A DNA stretch of 20,799 nucleotides from Candidatus Eiseniibacteriota bacterium (GTDB taxonomy: Bacteria; Eisenbacteria; RBG-16-71-46): NCBI GenBank assembly GCA_031364845.1, contig JANLWX010000041.1, forward strand, positions 1-20,799. The letters are read 5' to 3'. Shown here piece by piece: positions 15,370 through 20,799 of this stretch. The first letter of the stretch is position 1, and the number at the start of each line of letters is the position of its first letter. The notes under the pieces are model-generated. The model saw nothing but the letters and a program-made list of their open reading frames with translations. It did not search any database and had not been told where the DNA came from. Made by a program: the position numbers and the translations under genes.

Positions 15370-16503
15370 CTACTTCTTCGCGGTCGCTTCCCACTCCTTG
15401 ATCAGATTCTCGACGTTCTTGCGGTTCGGCTCGTCGGGCGCCTGCTTCAACGCGAGCTTCGCGTGCTCCACCGCTTTGCGCGTGTTGCCCGACGTCGCAT
15501 AGCCGCGCGCCAGCCCGAGCTGCACCGGCCACACGTTGGCGTGGCGCTTCGCGTTCGTGAGGAACACGTCCATCGCGAGGTCGTTCGATCCACTGAGCTG
15601 GAGCCCCCGCGCGAACATGTGGGTTTCCACCGCACCCGGCGTGCCGCCGCTCATGGCGCGCGCGATCGTCTGCTTCGCCTCGGCCTGCATGCCGTTGGCG
15701 ATCTGGAGCTGGGCGAGCGTGCTCAGCGTCTTGAAGTTCTCCGATCCCACGAAGGGTTCGGACACCGCCTTCTGCGCGAACACGAGACCTTCCTTCAGGT
15801 GCGTCTTGTTCGTGAGGCAGTACTGGGCCGCGGCTTCGAAATTGGTCCACGTGAACCAGTGCGAACCGCGCAGCTCACGGCTCATCCGCTCGACGTAGAG
15901 GTCGTGGATGTTGGGGACCGTGATCGTGAACGGTACGGCGAGGTTCTCCCACTGCAGCGCGCACGTCGCCTGCGCCGGTTTGCGGTCGGTGAACGAGTAG
16001 TCGAGCCATTCGTGGTATGCGGACTTCTGCGGCTTCACCTTGACGCGCAGCGCATCGTCCTTCTCGTCGTAGGTGAAGCTGCCCCATGACGTGCTGACGT
16101 TATTGAAGATCACCGTCCACTCGTCCGGGCCCGCGAGCATATGCACGCCGTAGGCGCCGGCTTTGAGCGGCTGGCCCTCGATCTGCACGTCGTGCGAGAC
16201 GGTGAACACCGTGTTCTCGTTCGCCCCCGCGCGCCACGGGCACGTCTTGCAGTTGTTGAAGCCGAGATCGTGAAGACCGTACGGAACCAGCTCGCCCCAG
16301 ATGTGTCCCGCTCGATCCTCACCCCCGGGCCCGTGGACGTCGGGGCTGTTGTAGTCGACCGTGACCTTGACCAGTCCGATCCACTGGCTGACCGACGCGC
16401 GCTGGTTGTCGCCGTCGGGCGGCCGGGTGATGGACTGCGCGCGGGCGGCCGGGGCCGAAAGAACGAGTGCAGCGAGAAGAAGCAGCGAAGCGCGGCGATG
16501 CAT
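15370..16503 (-). CDS. DUF2911 domain protein with C-terminal TPR-like helices, exported
   Basis: SD GGGAGG, ATG 16503, signal peptide ending ARA-Q. 'VSQWIGLVKVTVDYNSP', 'IWGELVPYG', 'WRAGANENT', 'LKAGAYG', 'WGSFTYDEKDDALRV'. Confidence 0.88.
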   Translation of the reverse strand: MHRRASLLLLAALVLSAPAARAQSITRPPDGDNQRASVSQWIGLVKVTVDYNSPDVHGPGGEDRAGHIWGELVPYGLHDLGFNNCKTCPWRAGANENTVFTVSHDVQIEGQPLKAGAYGVHMLAGPDEWTVIFNNVSTSWGSFTYDEKDDALRVKVKPQKSAYHEWLDYSFTDRKPAQATCALQWENLAVPFTITVPNIHDLYVERMSRELRGSHWFTWTNFEAAAQYCLTNKTHLKEGLVFAQKAVSEPFVGSENFKTLSTLAQLQIANGMQAEAKQTIARAMSGGTPGAVETHMFARGLQLSGSNDLAMDVFLTNAKRHANVWPVQLGLARGYATSGNTRKAVEHAKLALKQAPDEPNRKNVENLIKEWEATAKK

Positions 16504-16646
16504 GGGTGCCTCCCAGAGATACGGCGTGGACTGCCCGGCTCGCGGATTATCGCCGCGGTGGACGATCGCGGCTCCGGAGGGCGACGAACGCGTGGCCTCG
16601 GGCGACCGGCGCGTCCCGGTAGGAAGTGATGTTCCGCGGGGCGGGG

Positions 16647-17369
16647 TTAGACGAGATTGTGCGAGACCTTCTGCACGTCCTCGTCCTGTTCGAGTTTGTC
16701 GACCATCGCTAGGACTTCGGTGGCCTTGTCCTCCGGCAACTCGACCGGCGTCGTCGCGATGTACTCGGACTCGGCCGAGATCGGCGTGATGCCACGGTCC
16801 TCGATCGCCTTCTGCAGCTTTCCGAAATCGTTGAACGCGCCGCGGATCACGAGCTGCGGCTCGCCTTTCTCTCCCACGCTCTCGCCCATCTCCTCGAGGC
16901 CATGATCGATCAGCTCGAGTTCGAGCGACTCGGCATCCAGTCCCGCGGGATTGAGGCGGAACACACCCATGCGTTTGAACATGAAGTTCACGCTGCCCGT
17001 CGAACCCATGTTGCCGCCGTTCTTGTTGAACGCCGAGCGCACGTTCGCCACCGTGCGCACGGGATTGTTGGTGGCGCACTCCACCATCACCGCCACACCA
17101 TGCGGGCCGTAGCCTTCGTAGAGGATTTCCTCGAACGCTTCGGCCCCCTGCCCCGACGCCTTCTTGATCGCCGACTCGACCTTGTCCTTCGGCATATTCA
17201 TCGCGCGCGCGTTCTGCATGATGCGCCGCAGCGTCGGATTGTTTTCGGGGTTCGGTCCGCTCGCGCGCACCGCGATCGTGATTTCCTTGCCGATCCGGGC
17301 GAACGCCTTGGACATCTTGTCCCAGCGGGCGAACATCGTGGCCTTGCGCGTTTCGAAGATGCGTCCCAT
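16647..17369 (-). CDS. yebC: YebC/PmpR family protein
   Basis: [67 protein letters not shown]; 240 aa. Confidence 0.95.
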   Translation of the reverse strand: MGRIFETRKATMFARWDKMSKAFARIGKEITIAVRASGPNPENNPTLRRIMQNARAMNMPKDKVESAIKKASGQGAEAFEEILYEGYGPHGVAVMVECATNNPVRTVANVRSAFNKNGGNMGSTGSVNFMFKRMGVFRLNPAGLDAESLELELIDHGLEEMGESVGEKGEPQLVIRGAFNDFGKLQKAIEDRGITPISAESEYIATTPVELPEDKATEVLAMVDKLEQDEDVQKVSHNLV

Positions 17370-17587
17370 GAGATGTCCTGTGGAGGAGGTCCGGGTACGG
17401 CGCTGCCCGGCGGGCAGGCCGCGAATGATGCACGGAAAGGGTGCCGTCGCCGCGCAGTCTCGCCCGGCCGGCGGGGTCGAGTAAAGGCGGCATTCGGCGC
17501 TCGTCGCCGATCGGGCCACGCCGGGTTGCTGCGGTACCCGCGCCGGGGTCGACTCCGCTAGGATGCGCGTCCGAAAGGAGCCCCCTC

Positions 17588-19123
17588 ATGGCCAAGAAGG
17601 CAGAGCCGCCCGCAGCACCCGCAACCCCGACTCCCTTGGACGCCGATCGCACGAAGACGGCGCCCTCCGATCATCTCGTTCAGACCGGGCACAGTGTCAC
17701 GATCGCGGGACGCGCGATCGCCTACACGGTCACGACCGGAACGATGATCTTGAAGGAGGAAGCCGAAAAGAAAGGCGACGACGAGGGCAAGTCGGACGGC
17801 GAGCAGCCGCGCGCGGAAGTGTTCTTCATCGCCTACACCCGCAAGGACGCCGGCGACCTCGCGAAGCGCCCGGTGACGTTCTCATTCAACGGCGGACCCG
17901 GATCGTCGTCGGTGTGGCTGCACTTGGGCGTGCTCGGCCCGCGCCGCGTCGTAATGGACGACATCGGCAACCTGACGCGCCCGCCGTACGCGCTCACCGA
18001 CAACGAGCACTCGCTGCTCGACGAGACCGATCTCGTGTTCATCGACCCGGTGGGCACCGGATACAGCCGGCCCGTGGTCGGCGAGAAGGCGAAAGACTTT
18101 CACACGTTCAAGAAGGACATCGAGTCGGTCGGGGATTTCATCCGCATGTATGCGACCCGCTACCGGCGCTGGACGTCTCCCAAGTTCCTGATCGGCGAGA
18201 GCTATGGCACCACGCGCGCCGCCGGATTGTCGGGATACCTCCAGGAGCGCCACGGCATGTACCTCAACGGGATCATGCTGGTGTCGTCGATCCTCGAGTT
18301 CCACACCACCGACTTCGTGCCGTCGAACGATCTGCCGTGCATCCTCTACCTGCCGTCGTACGCGGCGACCGCATGGTTTCACCAGCGACTCGCGCCCGAG
18401 CTGCAGCGTGATCTGGCCGCGACGCTGAAGGAAGTTCAGACGTTTGCACTCGGACCCTACGCGGTGGCGTTGCTGCAGGGTTCGTCGCTCCCCGCGGACG
18501 AGCGCGCGCGCATCGCCGAGCAGGTCGCGCGCTACACCGGGCTCACGGCGGAATATGTCGAGCGTTCGAACCTGCGCATCGAGATCATGCGGTTCACGAA
18601 GGAGCTGCTGCGCGATCAGCGGCGCTCGGTCGGCCGGCTCGACAGCCGCTTCACCGGCATCGATCGGGACGCGACGGGTGCCGAGCCCGGACACGATCCG
18701 AGCTTCACCAACATCATCGGACCCTACACCGCGACGTTCAACGACTACGTGCGCGGCGAACTGGCGTTCGAGAGCGATCTGCCCTACGAGATCCTGAGCT
18801 TCAAGACGCACGGGAACTGGCGCTTCGAGGAGCACGAGAACCAGTTCGTCGACGTCGCCGAAACGCTGCGCAAGGCGATGACGATCAATCCGTTCCTCAA
18901 GGTGTTCGTCGCGAGCGGATACTTCGACCTCGCTACGCCCTATTTCGCGACGGACTACACCGTGAGCCGGCTCGGGCTCGACGAAACCCTGCGCGCCAAT
19001 CTCACGGTTGCCTACTACGAGGCCGGCCACATGATGTACATCCATCTGCCTTCGCTGGCGCGGCTCAAGCAGGACCTCGCTCGGTTCCTGAAGTCGGCCG
19101 TCGGACCGGAACCCGGCGCCTAG
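17588..19123 (+). CDS. Serine carboxypeptidase, peptidase family S10
   Basis: SD AAGGAG, ATG 17588. FNGGPGSSS, FIDPVGTGYS, nucleophile IGESYG, GYFDLATP (Asp), AGHMMY (His). Confidence 0.93.
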   Translation: MAKKAEPPAAPATPTPLDADRTKTAPSDHLVQTGHSVTIAGRAIAYTVTTGTMILKEEAEKKGDDEGKSDGEQPRAEVFFIAYTRKDAGDLAKRPVTFSFNGGPGSSSVWLHLGVLGPRRVVMDDIGNLTRPPYALTDNEHSLLDETDLVFIDPVGTGYSRPVVGEKAKDFHTFKKDIESVGDFIRMYATRYRRWTSPKFLIGESYGTTRAAGLSGYLQERHGMYLNGIMLVSSILEFHTTDFVPSNDLPCILYLPSYAATAWFHQRLAPELQRDLAATLKEVQTFALGPYAVALLQGSSLPADERARIAEQVARYTGLTAEYVERSNLRIEIMRFTKELLRDQRRSVGRLDSRFTGIDRDATGAEPGHDPSFTNIIGPYTATFNDYVRGELAFESDLPYEILSFKTHGNWRFEEHENQFVDVAETLRKAMTINPFLKVFVASGYFDLATPYFATDYTVSRLGLDETLRANLTVAYYEAGHMMYIHLPSLARLKQDLARFLKSAVGPEPGA

Positions 19124-19186
19124 AACCGCTTCCAACCCTGCGGGCGGTCGTCCGATCCAAGTCTCCGTCCCGTGACCGGGATCGCG

Positions 19187-19207
19187 CGCCGGGGAGCCTC
19201 CCCGGCG
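19187..19207. other. 9-bp perfect inverted repeat between the S10 and DUF4097 genes
   Basis: CGCCGGGGA-gcc-TCCCCGGCG; no U tract, function unknown. Confidence 0.3.
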
Positions 19208-19235
19208 GTCCGCCGGGTCGCGAATCGGAGGCGTC

Positions 19236-20045
19236 ATGCGTACACGATTGATGGCTGCGTTGTCGGTCGCCGTTCTCCTCGTGGGGCCTCACGCCCGCGC
19301 GGGCGAACCCAAAGCCACCGACGACTGGGGGCGCTGGGTTCATTGCGACGACGATGGCGATCAGGGCAACCGCCACTGCGAGGAACGAACGACCGAGTGG
19401 AAGTCGAGCGGCGCGACGCTGCGCGTGGATGGCGGCGAGAACGGCGGAGCATCGGTGGTCGGCTGGGATCAGGACATGGTGCGCGTGACGGCGGTGATCA
19501 CCGCCCGCGGCCGGTCGCGTGACGACGCCGACGCACTCGCGAAACAGATCCGCATCCGGATGGACGACGATCTCATCACCGCCACCGGACCCGAAGCGGG
19601 GCGCGACCGGAACTGGTCGGTGGTGTTTCGCATCTGGGTGCCGCGCAAGACGGACATCGATCTGCAGGCGCAGAACGGACCGGTGGGAGCGCACGGCATC
19701 ACGGGCATGCTGCGACTCGTGACCCACAACGGCCCGATGTCGCTGGTCGATGTCTCCGGAGACGTCGTCGGGCGCACGCAGAACGGCCCCGTCCAGGTGC
19801 GCCTCAAGGGTCGTCGCTGGATCGGCGCCGGCCTCGATGCCGAGACCATCAACGGTCCGGTCTCGCTCGAAATCCCCGAGCACTATTCGGCGAGCCTCGA
19901 ATCCGGCACCCGCAATGGTCCGTCCAACATCGACCTGCCGGTGCGCACCCGGCGCGGGCGCTGGTTCACTGCCGAGCTCGGCGAGGGCGGCAAGCCGATC
20001 CGCGTCGTCACGCACAACGGCCCGGTGAAGATCGAGTCGCAGTAG
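19236..20045 (+). CDS. DUF4097 family beta-strand-repeat protein, exported
   Basis: SD GGAGG, signal peptide (ARA-G). Repeats AQNGPV, THNGPM, TQNGPV, TINGPV, TRNGPS, THNGPV. Confidence 0.85.
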   Translation: MRTRLMAALSVAVLLVGPHARAGEPKATDDWGRWVHCDDDGDQGNRHCEERTTEWKSSGATLRVDGGENGGASVVGWDQDMVRVTAVITARGRSRDDADALAKQIRIRMDDDLITATGPEAGRDRNWSVVFRIWVPRKTDIDLQAQNGPVGAHGITGMLRLVTHNGPMSLVDVSGDVVGRTQNGPVQVRLKGRRWIGAGLDAETINGPVSLEIPEHYSASLESGTRNGPSNIDLPVRTRRGRWFTAELGEGGKPIRVVTHNGPVKIESQ

Positions 20046-20048
20046 GCA

Positions 20049-20798
20049 CTAACCCGCCGCGCGCTCCAACCGCTCGAGATGCGGGCGCTTGGGCGCGCGG
20101 ACGACGGGTTCGGAATCACGGCCTGCGGCACTCATCACCCAGCCCGGAACATGGCGCGCGAGCCACGCGATCTCCTCCGCCCACCATGCGAGTGCGCCAC
20201 GCGGCGCCGCCCCCGGCAGCGGCTGCTTCCAGGAATCATCGGCGCCCGGAAGTCCGATCGCCTGCGCGAGCGCCTCCGCGATGCGCGCGTGACCGTCGGC
20301 ATTCGCGTGGAACCGGTCCTCGCTCCAGAGCCGTGCGTCGGACCCCACCGCGTGCTTCGCGAAGTCGACGAGAATCGCTCCGGTGCCCGCCGAAGCGCGG
20401 CGCAACGCGTCGTTCATCGCGCGGACCCGTGGCGTGAGTCCCCGCGCCACCGGCATGATCGGCGTGAGATCGGGCAACGTGAACGTGACGACGGTGGCTC
20501 CGCCCTCAATCAGCGTTCGCTGCATGACGGCGACATCCGCCTCGATCGCGTGCGGATCGAAGCGCCAGCGCAGGATGTCGTTCGATCCCGAGAACACGCT
20601 CGCGAGATCGGGCCGCATCGCGGCGGCCGGCGCCAGCTGCTCGTCGCGGATCTCGCGGGTGAGCTTGCCGCGAATGCCGAGGTTCGCATACAGCACGGAG
20701 CCCTGAACATCGGCGATGCGCTGCGCGAGCCGGTTGGCCCAGCCATGATAGCCACCGCGCGCATCGGGATCGTCGAGACCTTCGGTCGAGCTGTCTCC
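20049..20798 (-). CDS. SGNH/GDSL hydrolase, 5'-truncated by the window edge
   Basis: The frame is open to the window end and reads GDSSTEGLDDP...GWANRLA...YANLGIRG (blocks I and II), GSND (block III), DRFHAN (block V). Confidence 0.9.
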   Translation of the reverse strand, partial: GDSSTEGLDDPDARGGYHGWANRLAQRIADVQGSVLYANLGIRGKLTREIRDEQLAPAAAMRPDLASVFSGSNDILRWRFDPHAIEADVAVMQRTLIEGGATVVTFTLPDLTPIMPVARGLTPRVRAMNDALRRASAGTGAILVDFAKHAVGSDARLWSEDRFHANADGHARIAEALAQAIGLPGADDSWKQPLPGAAPRGALAWWAEEIAWLARHVPGWVMSAAGRDSEPVVRAPKRPHLERLERAAG

Positions 20799-20799
20799 G

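Noticed and set aside
15370..17652. 760-aa minus-strand ORF as a single protein
   Set aside because: The N-terminal half is an off-frame shadow over yebC. The DUF2911 protein has its own SD and signal peptide at 16503.

Overview
GC-rich bacterial chromosomal window (proteins suggest a diderm; the C-terminal ...SWGALKRRYQ tail hints at an Eisenbacteria/Krumholzibacteriota/Latescibacterota-like lineage, which is inference only). In order: the 3' end of an unknown protein; a translationally coupled pilM-N-O-P-like-Q operon with a short secretin; a small antisense membrane protein; pilD; a YciE/YciF ferritin-like gene divergent from a His/Met-rich lipoprotein with a candidate sigma54 promoter; a three-gene module (exported TPR-CHAT caspase-like protease, ECF sigma factor, divergent membrane anti-sigma with two zinc fingers); a ~240-nt intergenic element built from two 'repeat + long hairpin' units (candidate structured RNA); an MFS transporter; an NHL-repeat protein with a short C-terminal sorting-like tail; DUF2911; YebC; an S10 carboxypeptidase; DUF4097; and a 5'-truncated SGNH hydrolase. 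No rRNA, tRNA, CRISPR array or transposase was recognised. The best candidates for new biology are the CHAT-ECF-anti-sigma proteolytic signalling module, the tandem repeat-hairpin element and the C-terminal SWGxLKxxY tail. All family calls come from motif recognition by eye, not from database searches.
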